NCBI GenBank assembly: GCA_041497675.1
Contig: JBGQGY010000080.1
Coordinates: 1-18,022, forward strand
Length of the DNA stretch: 18,022 bases
Direction: 5' to 3'
Origin: a bacterium
GTDB taxonomy: Bacteria; Sysuimicrobiota; Sysuimicrobiia; Sysuimicrobiales; Humicultoraceae
Part shown: positions 8,867-16,760 of the stretch, one piece after another
Layout: the number at the start of each line of letters is the position of its first letter
Numbering within the stretch: the stretch's first letter is position 1
Notes under the pieces: model-generated
Databases searched by the model: none
What the model saw: only the letters and a program-made list of their open reading frames with translations
Told to the model about the DNA's origin: nothing
Made by a program: the position numbers and the translations under genes

Positions 8867-9436
8867 ATGGCGACCGATGAGCGGTGGGTAGGCGCTCGGA
8901 CTCGACACGATCTTGCCGCCGACGAAGTGATCTCTGCCCTGCAAAAGGAGATCCGGCGCGGGCATGTCGAGAACGCCGCCTTCCTCGCCTACGAGATGCT
9001 GGTGACCAGCGAGGAGCTGGAAGCCAAGCTCTGGCAGCGGCTCCAGGTCATCAGCGTGGAAGATGTCGGCTACGGGCAGATCGACGCGCCGGTGTTGATC
9101 CAAGCACTCTATCAGATGCATCATGACTTTCCAAGACCCCAGGGTGATCGCGACCTGTTTGCCTTACACGCGGTGCGCTACCTGTGCCGCTGCACGAAAG
9201 ACCGCTCCAGCGATGAGTTGTTCAACTGGGTCAAGCATGCTATCGAGACGGACGGGCAGCGCCCGGTTGTGCCCGACTATGCGATCGACAGGCACACGGT
9301 TGCGGGACGGCGACTTGGGCGCGGCGCGCGGCATTTTCTTGAGGAAGGATCCCTTGTCTTGCCCGAACTCGCCGACCGCGAGCGGACTTTCCGCCAGAGA
9401 TTGCTGGCATTGCTTGACGCCAAAGATAGTGGCTAA
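8867..9436 (+). CDS. Stand-alone protein resembling the MgsA/RarA C-terminal region
   Basis: DEVISALQKEIRRG...RL.VISVEDVG resembles RarA ISA..KS.RG...RL...A.EDIG; no Walker A; purine-rich RBS. Confidence 0.6.
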   Translation: MATDERWVGARTRHDLAADEVISALQKEIRRGHVENAAFLAYEMLVTSEELEAKLWQRLQVISVEDVGYGQIDAPVLIQALYQMHHDFPRPQGDRDLFALHAVRYLCRCTKDRSSDELFNWVKHAIETDGQRPVVPDYAIDRHTVAGRRLGRGARHFLEEGSLVLPELADRERTFRQRLLALLDAKDSG

Positions 9437-10364
9437 TCCTGTTCTAGACGCCATCGGCAACACACCACTGGTTGAACTGTCCCGAGTGGTGCCGGCGGGA
9501 TCCGCCCGGGTCGTCGCAAAACTGGAGTCGACGAATCCGACCGGGAGCATGAAGGATCGCATGGCCCGGGCGCTCATCGAGCGTGCCGCGGCAGACGGCC
9601 GGCTCCCTCCAGGCGGAACCGTCGTTGAATACACCGCCGGGACGACAGGGATTTCGCTCGCATTCGTGTGCGCAGCCCTCGGGTACAAGACCCACTTCGT
9701 ATACTCTGACGCCTTCAGTGAGGAGAAGCGGTACACCATGCGCGCGTTCGGGGCCGAGATCACCGATGTTCCGAGTGACGACAAGAAGATCACGTCGCAG
9801 CTCATCAAAGCCATGATCACGAGGGCAGGCCAGATAAGCCGCCAACCCGGCCATTGGTGGTGCGACCAGCTCAACAATCGGGACGGCGAGCTCGGCTACG
9901 TGGCGCTTGGCGAGGAGATGTGGCGGCGGGCGGGCGAACGTGTTGACGCATTTGTCCACTCGGTGAGCACGGCGCATTCGATCCACGGCACAGCACAGGG
10001 TCTTCGCCAACACAATCGTCGGATGCGCGTCGTCGCCGTGGAGCCCGCCGAATCAGCGGTGCTTTCGGGCAAGCCGTCGGGGTCACACAAGATCGAAGGA
10101 ATCGGTATCGGGTTCGTACCTCCGTTGTGGAAGCCCGACGAAGTTGATGAAATCCAGACGGTCACGACGGAGGAGGCCAAAGCGATGACTCGGAGACTGG
10201 CACGCGAGGAAGCCATCTTCGCCGGAACCTCGAGCGGCGCCAACGTGGTCGCGGCCCTGCGGCTAGCGCAGCGGCTCGGCCCGCAGGCAACCGTCGCCAC
10301 GATCATTGTCGACACCGGCCTTCGATATCTCAGTACCGACGTGTTCCGAATGGGGGTTTCATAG
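9429..10364 (+). CDS. PLP-dependent cysteine synthase family protein
   Basis: IGNTPLVEL, KLESTNPTGSMKDR (PLP Lys), HKIEGIG, GTSSGAN, DTGLRYLST; GTG start overlaps upstream stop. Confidence 0.9.
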   Translation: MANPVLDAIGNTPLVELSRVVPAGSARVVAKLESTNPTGSMKDRMARALIERAAADGRLPPGGTVVEYTAGTTGISLAFVCAALGYKTHFVYSDAFSEEKRYTMRAFGAEITDVPSDDKKITSQLIKAMITRAGQISRQPGHWWCDQLNNRDGELGYVALGEEMWRRAGERVDAFVHSVSTAHSIHGTAQGLRQHNRRMRVVAVEPAESAVLSGKPSGSHKIEGIGIGFVPPLWKPDEVDEIQTVTTEEAKAMTRRLAREEAIFAGTSSGANVVAALRLAQRLGPQATVATIIVDTGLRYLSTDVFRMGVS

Positions 10365-10395
10365 CCCCATCATCTGCTGCTGGGAGGAACCAGCC

Positions 10396-10700
10396 ATGGC
10401 GACGATCGAGAAGTACTGCGCTCCAAGCGCGTATGATCCACGCGGCTACAGCCAGGCTGTCCGCGTGACGGGTGCCCAGACGATCCTCATCCTTGCGGGG
10501 CAGGTCGCCTACGACACGGACGGGGTGTCAAGCACCGCGGCGACTTCCGGGGCCAGGCGCGCGAGGTGTTCACCGCGATAAAGGCGCTCATCGAGGCCGG
10601 GGGTGGCACCCTGGACAACGTCGTGACCGTCGAGGAAGCGACCGGTCTGCTAGCCACTCGATACGCACCCACGCGTTATCAAGAATCCAAGTCGGAGTGA
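10396..10700 (+). pseudogene. RidA-family pseudogene, frameshifted, truncated and joined to an unrelated tail
   Basis: GGAGG RBS; GYSQAVRV..ILAGQVA; shift in GGGG at about 10522 to GDFRGQAREVF..IEAGGGTLDNVV, then unrelated sequence to TGA 10700. Confidence 0.75.
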
Positions 10701-10702
10701 GC

Positions 10703-10724
10703 GTCCAACACCGCATGCAGCCGA
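10703..10724 (+). mobile_element. attC remnant (left part)
   Basis: GTCCAAC-ACCGC-ATGCAGCCGA 2 nt after a TGA; no right half. Confidence 0.5.
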
Positions 10725-10735
10725 ACCACGCGGCC

Positions 10736-10909
10736 CTACTGGAGCCCGCCGATCGGGGGGACATCGTCCGGGTCTGACGTGGTCTGCTTCACTCGTTGAA
10801 GCTCGTGGACGGGGCCGTGTTCGGTCCGAACGGCTCTCACGGAGACCGCGGCCACGGTCAGGATGGCCAGGATGGCCAGCACGATCGCCGTGTGCACAGA
10901 GGTCCGCAT
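10736..10909 (-). CDS. Small secreted peptide (57 aa), absent from the ORF track
   Basis: Manual translation MRTSVHTAIVLAILAILTVAAVSVRAVRTEHGPVHELQRVKQTTSDPDDVPPIGGLQ*; basic N-terminus, hydrophobic core, V-R-A cleavage-like site. Confidence 0.65.
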   Translation of the reverse strand: MRTSVHTAIVLAILAILTVAAVSVRAVRTEHGPVHELQRVKQTTSDPDDVPPIGGLQ

Positions 10910-10947
10910 CGCACCGCCCCGCGTGGGTTGATCTCAATTTACCGACC

Positions 10948-10996
10948 ACGATAGCGTGATCGTCGCCGGCGGCCATCGTGGTCGCTGCGTATCTTT
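10948..10996 (-). promoter_or_regulatory. Putative activator-dependent promoter for the small peptide
   Basis: Minus strand AAAGATACGCAGCGACCACGATG (10996-10974), then 20 bp to the -10-like TATCGT (10953-10948); no good -35. Confidence 0.3.
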
Positions 10997-11039
10997 CGGG
11001 GAGGGCCGTACGTACGAATGGCCTGGCGGAGCGGGACGA

Positions 11040-14039
11040 CTACGAGGAAGGCGGCTCGGACTGGGACCCTTCTCGAACGGCCCAAGAGGCGGCCTCGGCA
11101 CGGGTTGCGAGATTGAGTTTCGTCAGAATGTGATTGACATGTACCTCAGCAGTCCGCTGGGAGATGGACAAGCGGCCGGCGATAGCGGCGTTGCTGAGGC
11201 CTTGCGTCAGCAGGCTCAAGACCTCGCGCTCGCGTTCGGTGAGCGCGCGACCAGAGGGCGCGCGTCCGCCGATCCGATGGAGAGCCTGACGGACTGCGTC
11301 CGCGGCGGGCTTCGCGCCCAGACGATCGAGAATCGCAAGGGCATGGGTGAGATGGGCCCGCGCCGCTTGCCGCTCTCCCGGCCGGCTGCGCCGGAGCAGG
11401 CAGGCACCCAGGTGATACCGGAGCAGGGCTTCCTGGTACGGTTGCGGAGGCGTCGCGGGATGTTCCAATCCCGCCTCGTAGTGGTCGATCGCCGCATCCA
11501 GGTTCCCTTCGTGCGCGGCGACTTCGCCTCGAACCCGAAGTATCGCGGGCACCAGACGCCGGTAGCCATTCGCGGCACGCACTGCCTCCTCCAACCAGGA
11601 TCGCGCCGCCGCCGCGTCATCGAGTTGAAGACTCACTTCTGTCAGCAGCAGGAGTGTCTCCGTCTTTCCCGATCCCCCGTATTCTGTGGTCTCAATGATC
11701 TTCCAGGCCTCTTCGAGAAGCGTTTTGCTCGCCGCGACGTTACCCCGTTTGAGCTCCAGGGTGGCCAGCGCATTCCGGGCGAGGACTACGCTGTAAAAGA
11801 GTTCGGGTACGCGGCAGACCTTTTGAAGGAGCGATTCCGCCTCAAGGAACCTGCCCCGGTGAACGAGGACCGTCCCGAGCGCCGTGGTGGCGGTTAGGAT
11901 TGGCCAGTAACGCTTGGATTGCTCCAGGATCCGTGTCGTAACCTCCCTGGCCATGGCTTCGGCCTCGTCCCATCGACCATCCACGAAGGCGAGCAGAGAA
12001 AGGCTCGTTGAAGCGACCCAGGACAGGCGTAGTGCGCCATATTCTCGCGCGAGCGCGTACCCTCGCTCGAGGGCGTCCCGCGCGCTACCGAAATCGGCAT
12101 CTTCCATCGCGAATATGCCGCCGTTGTTCAGCGCCCTGAGTTCGGCCTCACGATCACCGGCCTGCCGCGCGAGTGCCAGCGCCTGCCGCGTGTACGCTGT
12201 GACTTCATTGTGTTGCCCCACCATCTCAAGGAGCAATGCGAGGCTCAGGTAGGCTTGGCTGAGCGCCATCGGAGCTCCACTGCGGACTGCGGCTGCGACC
12301 GCTGCCCGCGCGTCGACCAGCGCGCGCCCGTACTGCCCTATCCTGAATCTGGCACTCGCAGTGACCTGGCGGATGGCGGCTTCCTCGGCAGGATCGTCGA
12401 TTTCAGCGAGAAGAGCCAGGCCCTTCTCCCATGAGTCGAAGCCTCTTCCTGCCTGTGCCTCCTCAACCTGGCCAAGCTTTCTGTAGGCCCGCGCCATCTC
12501 GCGCCGCATCCCGGCTGTTGTGGCGCATTCGAGCATGGCAACAAAGGCGTCGAGCGCACGATCAAAAGCCGCAGCCTTGAAGAGCGCATCTCCAAGACCC
12601 TCAGCCGCCGCGAGCCGGGTCGTTGTGGCGCCCGGAGGCAGCGCCTCCAGGACAAGGCCGAAAAACCGCGCGGCCTCGTCATGCGCATACACCGAGGAGG
12701 CCTCTGAGGCGGCCGCCGTGGCATACTGGATCGTCTTGTCCGGATCTCCCGCCGCGTGGAAGTGGTGCGCGAGAACTTGCGGGGCGGCCACGGGCGACGT
12801 CCGCGTTTCCAGGAACTCACCCGCGCGGCGATGCAGCGCCCGGCGCACATCCGGGGCGAGGTGCTGCATCACCACCTCTCGGATCAGAGAATGCCGGAAG
12901 CTGTAACGCGGCGACGCGTGATCGGCACCCACGAGTTGCGTGAGGAGCAAGGCCGTGGATGCCTGAGAGAACGCCTCTCCTGTCAGTTGGCTGACATGCT
13001 GGAGGGCTTCGAGTTCGAAGGCCCGGCCGAGGATCGCCGCGGCGCTCAAGACTCGCCTGGCGTCGGGCGTCAAGCGACTCACCCGCGTCATGATCATTTC
13101 TCGGACGGTCGGGGGAACGACCACGCCGGAGATGCTCGTCGGATCAAGAGAGACACCGGCGTCGCCGCTGCCGTCGACGATCGAGCGGAGGATCTCCTCG
13201 GTGAAGAACGGGTTGCCCTCGCCCAACCGAAAGATCCAGGCGATAAGGCCGTCCGGAGCGGGCCCCCGGGCACCCAGCACCCGATTGATCAGGTCGCCGG
13301 TTTCCGACGCATTGAGCGGCTTCACGGTCAGTTCTTGGACCCGGCGCTCGCGCACGAGTTCCTGGCGCAGCTGGCTCATGCCCTCGCCGTAGGGAAGCTC
13401 CCCGGGGCGGTAGGTCGCCAAAACAAGCCAGCGGTCTCGTCGTAGCCGCCTGGCCAGAAAGTGCAGCAACTCCAGGCTGGCGGGATCGGCCCAGTGAATG
13501 TCCTCCAGCGCGAGAATCAGCGGCAACTCGGCGGCGACTCGACTTAGCACGAGGTACAGACTCTCGAAGAGGCGGCTCTTCTCTTCCGCAGGACCCAGGA
13601 GCGGGCTGGGTACGACACCTCGAAGCCGCTTCGCGAGTTCCGGCAGGAGTTTGACGACTTCTGATGTGTGCGGTCCGAGCAGCGCTGTTATTTGCGAGGG
13701 AGTGCAAGCATGGAGCAATCCGCGGAAGGCTTCTATGAAAGGCGCGTATGGGAGAGCCGTTTCGAAGAACGAACACTTGCCTTCCAGGACACGGGCCCCA
13801 GCCTGCTGCGCCCTCGTAGCGACTTCCGCGATCAACCGGCTCTTGCCGACACCGGCCTCGCCGGCCAAGAATATGAGGTTGCCCCTGCCACGCCGCGCGT
13901 CTTCCAACCGGTCCTGAAGCCAGCAGAGCTCTTCCTCGCGGCCGACAAAGTCGGGAGAGGGGATGACCAGGTGTCCCAACGACTGGCTCCAGGGTCCGCT
14001 CCCCGCAACGTTGGACACGACGCGGTTCCAACCTCCCAA
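11040..14039 (-). CDS. Large ATP-binding LuxR-family regulator (AAA/STAND-like ATPase, TPR-like repeats, LuxR HTH)
   Basis: FVGREEE, Walker A GEAGVGKS, LEDIHWAD, GNPFF, helical repeats, C-terminal LTEREREVL..GLSN..IA.RL.IS.RT.E.HV..IL.KL; start may be GTG 14018. Confidence 0.93.
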   Translation of the reverse strand: MGGWNRVVSNVAGSGPWSQSLGHLVIPSPDFVGREEELCWLQDRLEDARRGRGNLIFLAGEAGVGKSRLIAEVATRAQQAGARVLEGKCSFFETALPYAPFIEAFRGLLHACTPSQITALLGPHTSEVVKLLPELAKRLRGVVPSPLLGPAEEKSRLFESLYLVLSRVAAELPLILALEDIHWADPASLELLHFLARRLRRDRWLVLATYRPGELPYGEGMSQLRQELVRERRVQELTVKPLNASETGDLINRVLGARGPAPDGLIAWIFRLGEGNPFFTEEILRSIVDGSGDAGVSLDPTSISGVVVPPTVREMIMTRVSRLTPDARRVLSAAAILGRAFELEALQHVSQLTGEAFSQASTALLLTQLVGADHASPRYSFRHSLIREVVMQHLAPDVRRALHRRAGEFLETRTSPVAAPQVLAHHFHAAGDPDKTIQYATAAASEASSVYAHDEAARFFGLVLEALPPGATTTRLAAAEGLGDALFKAAAFDRALDAFVAMLECATTAGMRREMARAYRKLGQVEEAQAGRGFDSWEKGLALLAEIDDPAEEAAIRQVTASARFRIGQYGRALVDARAAVAAAVRSGAPMALSQAYLSLALLLEMVGQHNEVTAYTRQALALARQAGDREAELRALNNGGIFAMEDADFGSARDALERGYALAREYGALRLSWVASTSLSLLAFVDGRWDEAEAMAREVTTRILEQSKRYWPILTATTALGTVLVHRGRFLEAESLLQKVCRVPELFYSVVLARNALATLELKRGNVAASKTLLEEAWKIIETTEYGGSGKTETLLLLTEVSLQLDDAAAARSWLEEAVRAANGYRRLVPAILRVRGEVAAHEGNLDAAIDHYEAGLEHPATPPQPYQEALLRYHLGACLLRRSRPGERQAARAHLTHALAILDRLGAKPAADAVRQALHRIGGRAPSGRALTEREREVLSLLTQGLSNAAIAGRLSISQRTAEVHVNHILTKLNLATRAEAASWAVREGSQSEPPSS

Positions 14040-14202
14040 GAGAGAAAGGTAGGGACGTATGGTTATACGCGGCTCGACCGATCCCTCTGGCGTGCTCTCC
14101 GCGATTTGGGCGGCGGAGGATGGGTTCGTGGTTGAGCCGAACCACCCGTGTATCGTGTTAGCGAACGCGATTCGACCGATCCAGATCGATCACGTGAGCT
14201 TC

Positions 14203-14224
14203 GAACTCGGTCCGGACCGAGTTC
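14203..14224. repeat. Perfect 22-bp palindrome, solo copy
   Basis: GAACTCGGTCC|GGACCGAGTTC; same core as 15059 and 16145. Confidence 0.95.
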
Positions 14225-14362
14225 CCGAGACCTTGCGTCCAAGTTGACAGCGCCGCTCGGACCCGATGACAAGAGGATGTTCATCCGGACTTCCCGAAAA
14301 TGCGGACGCTGGGTAGTGGCAAGAACCGTGGGTTAGGTGCTCATTCACCGGGGGGTTGAGTC

Positions 14363-14917
14363 ATGAGACGGATTGGGATTATCGCGGTGCTGCTGATTGC
14401 GGGCGTGCTGCTGTTCATGCAAACAGTTCTAGGACAGGGCATGAAGGTCGATCAGAAGATCCGCAGCGCGATGAGTGCGGCGCCTTCGTCGATCGCGAAG
14501 AACGCCACGATCATGGATTATCCTGCCAAGGAGGGCCAGCAGCCGCCCCTCCTGCGCAAGGGGACGAATGCGTGGACCTGTTTCCCGGATGATCCCAGCT
14601 CGCCGGGGAACGACCCCATGTGCCTGGACAAGTCGTGGATGGTGTGGTTGCAAGGGTATCTGACCAAGGCGGCGCCGAAGGTCACCGCGCCGGGGATCGC
14701 CTACATGCTCCAGGGTGGCAGCGATACCGGCAACACCGATCCCTTCGCGCCACCGCCTAAGTCCCCGAAGCAGTGGCTCTCGTCGCCTCCCCACGTCATG
14801 CTGGTCGTTCCCGGCAAGCTCGATCCGGCAATGTTTACCGCCGAACACCACTCGGGGGGACCCTGGATCATGTGGGCCGGCACCCCGTATGAGCACTTGA
14901 TGGTGCCCGTAAAGTAA
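14363..14917 (+). CDS. Secreted hypothetical protein (184 aa)
   Basis: Signal peptide; SAMSAAP, LRKGTNAWTCFPD, PMCLD, PGIAYMLQGG, PPHVM, PWIMWAGTPYEHLMVP. Confidence 0.85.
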   Translation: MRRIGIIAVLLIAGVLLFMQTVLGQGMKVDQKIRSAMSAAPSSIAKNATIMDYPAKEGQQPPLLRKGTNAWTCFPDDPSSPGNDPMCLDKSWMVWLQGYLTKAAPKVTAPGIAYMLQGGSDTGNTDPFAPPPKSPKQWLSSPPHVMLVVPGKLDPAMFTAEHHSGGPWIMWAGTPYEHLMVPVK

Positions 14918-14932
14918 GGAACGTCAGACAGG

Positions 14933-14967
14933 GCCCCGCTCAAACGAGCGGGGCTTTTTCTTTTTTT
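14933..14967 (+). terminator. Rho-independent terminator
   Basis: GCCCCGCTC-AAAC-GAGCGGGGC 9-bp stem followed by TTTTTCTTTTTTT. Confidence 0.9.
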
Positions 14968-15058
14968 GGCAAGACTCACGGGCCGTCCCGCATAATGCCT
15001 CGAGCCAGGCCGATGAATGGTATGGGAACGCGTTGTTCGACGCCAAGCGGTGTCCCGC

Positions 15059-15080
15059 CAACTCGGTCCGGACCGAGTTG
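15059..15080. repeat. Perfect 22-bp palindrome upstream of the HNH gene
   Basis: CAACTCGGTCC|GGACCGAGTTG, 20 bp before the ATG. Confidence 0.95.
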
Positions 15081-15100
15081 CGCCAGACTGAGAGGGGACG

Positions 15101-16201
15101 ATGGATCGAGACGCGCTCTCGGCGCCGGCAGAACTCTCCAACAGCGAGCTGCTCGCGCGGGTCGAGGGTCTCGCCCAGAACGAGCGAGAAGCGACAGCGT
15201 CCCTTATTGTCCACCTTGCGGAACTCGACGTGCGGCGTCTGTATCTCGGCGAGGGCTGCTCGTCGCTCTTCACCTACTGCACGCATGTCCTCCACTTCTC
15301 AGAGCACGCCGCGTACGGGCGCATCGAGGCCGCCAGGACGGGCCGGCGGTTTCCCGCCGTGCTCGAGATGCTCGAGGATGGATCGATCAACCTGACGACG
15401 GTGTGCATGTTGACGGCGCACCTGACACACGACAATCACCGCGAGCTCCTTGCGGCAGCCACACACAAGAGCAAGCGACAGGTCGAGGAACTCGTCGCAC
15501 GGCTGCGCCCCAGGCCGGCTGTCCCGGCCACGGTCCGTAAGCTGCCGGCCACGAGCCCGACTCCTGCCTCCCCCCCGCTGGCGGATGTCGCGGAGGCCGG
15601 TGCGCATTTGCTGCTGCCGGTTGCGCCTGTCGCGCCGGCGGCTACGCCCCCTGCGGTCGTCGCCCCGCTGGCGCCCGAGCGCTATAGGGTGCAGTTCACG
15701 GCGAGCGCCGAGACCTGCGACAAGCTGCGGCTCGCGCAGGACCTGTTGCGTCATCAGATTCCTGACGGCGATCCGGCGAAGATCTTCGATCGAGCCTTGA
15801 CCGCGCTCCTCGGGGATCTCGCCCGGCAGAAACTCGCCGCGACCGACCGGCCGCGCGGAAGCCGGGGCAGCGCGCCTGGTTCGCGTCACGTCCCGGCCGA
15901 CGTCAGGCGCGCCGTGTGGCTCCGCGATGGCGGGCGATGCGCCTTTGTCGCGGCCAACGGCCGTCGCTGCGCGGCGCGGGGCTTCGTCGAGTTCCATCAC
16001 GTTACGCCTCATGCGGCAGGCGGTGAGTCCACGGCAGCCAACATCCAGTTGCGATGCCGCGGGCACAACGGCTATGAAGCCGAGCTATTCTTCGGTCCGC
16101 GCCAACCGGCTGCTGTGAGAGAGCCGCGCACGCCCTACCAGGCTACTCGGTCCGGACCGAGTCGATATGCTTGTCTCCGTCGAACTCGGGAACCCGGCTG
16201 A
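15101..16201 (+). CDS. DUF222-like / HNH endonuclease domain protein
   Basis: GAGGGG RBS; helical N-domain (HLAELD.RRLY...GCSSLF.YC), Pro/Ala linker, RHVPA.VRRAVW.RDGGRC..C..EFHHV.P...GG....N.QLRCRGHN. Confidence 0.88.
   Translation: MDRDALSAPAELSNSELLARVEGLAQNEREATASLIVHLAELDVRRLYLGEGCSSLFTYCTHVLHFSEHAAYGRIEAARTGRRFPAVLEMLEDGSINLTTVCMLTAHLTHDNHRELLAAATHKSKRQVEELVARLRPRPAVPATVRKLPATSPTPASPPLADVAEAGAHLLLPVAPVAPAATPPAVVAPLAPERYRVQFTASAETCDKLRLAQDLLRHQIPDGDPAKIFDRALTALLGDLARQKLAATDRPRGSRGSAPGSRHVPADVRRAVWLRDGGRCAFVAANGRRCAARGFVEFHHVTPHAAGGESTAANIQLRCRGHNGYEAELFFGPRQPAAVREPRTPYQATRSGPSRYACLRRTREPG
16145..16162. repeat. Perfect 18-bp palindrome within the 3' tail of the HNH gene
   Basis: ACTCGGTCC|GGACCGAGT. 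Confidence 0.95.
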
Positions 16202-16221
16202 GCGCGCCCTGACGCGCAGCG

Positions 16222-16251
16222 TTGACCTCGACGGCGGGCATCGCCGACAAT
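16222..16251 (+). promoter_or_regulatory. Possible sigma70-type promoter
   Basis: TTGACC-18 nt-GACAAT, about 50 bp upstream of the probable start at 16300. Confidence 0.3.
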
Positions 16252-16299
16252 GACAGCGCAGAATCGGGCGCGAAGGGAGTCGCATCGGAGGCGGAGCGA

Positions 16300-16755
16300 T
16301 TGGGCACCGAAGCGATACATAACTATCGCAAGGCGAGCGACCGGCTCGTCACGGGAGGGCAACCGACTGCGGAGCAACTGAAGGCGGCCGCTGAGGAAGG
16401 GTTTGCCACCGTGATCAATCTGGCCACGATCAGCCCGCGATACTCGTTGGAGGATGAGGCGGGTCTCGTGGGCTCGCTGGGCATGACCTACTGCCACATC
16501 CCGGTCGAGTGGGAGCATCCGACGGAGGGTGATTTCGAGGCCTTTGAGAAAACGGTGCAACAGCTTGCGCCCGGGAAGGCGCTGATTCATTGTGCCGCCA
16601 ACTTTCGCGTCACGGCCTTCTACGCGCTGTACGCGATGAAGCACCTGGGTTGGTCCGGGGCCGAGGCCGAAGCGTTTCGCGCGTCGATCTGGGAAGGGAG
16701 CAACTATCCCGTCTGGGAGAGGTTCATCGAGCAGATGAAAGCCAAGATCGGCTAG
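16300..16755 (+). CDS. Protein-tyrosine-phosphatase-like (DUF442/Blh-like) protein
   Basis: TGGQPT, GFATVINL, HIPV, IHCAANFR (CX4R); TTG start with GGAG RBS. Confidence 0.8.
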   Translation: MGTEAIHNYRKASDRLVTGGQPTAEQLKAAAEEGFATVINLATISPRYSLEDEAGLVGSLGMTYCHIPVEWEHPTEGDFEAFEKTVQQLAPGKALIHCAANFRVTAFYALYAMKHLGWSGAEAEAFRASIWEGSNYPVWERFIEQMKAKIG

Positions 16756-16760
16756 CCGGG

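Noticed and set aside
9123..9428. N-terminal extension of the 413-aa ORF
   Set aside because: Overlaps the upstream gene; family similarity begins at GTG 9429
10814..10834. GTTCGG-T-CCGAAC hairpin resembling the palindrome core
   Set aside because: Only a 6-bp arm, inside the small-peptide coding sequence, and lacks the GGACCGAGT arm
10956..11897. 313-aa plus-strand ORF
   Set aside because: Antisense to the LuxR regulator; a common shadow frame of LuxR HTH genes
14332..14338. GTTAGGT as an attC R' box before the 184-aa gene
   Set aside because: No matching R''/L boxes upstream; a 7-mer alone is uninformative
14966..14996. TTGGCA...CATAAT promoter for the HNH gene
   Set aside because: 19-nt spacing and overlap with the terminator T-run; plausible but unsupported
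14203..16162. Palindromes as a CRISPR array
   Set aside because: Spacing is about 0.85-1.1 kb with genes between; no cas genes
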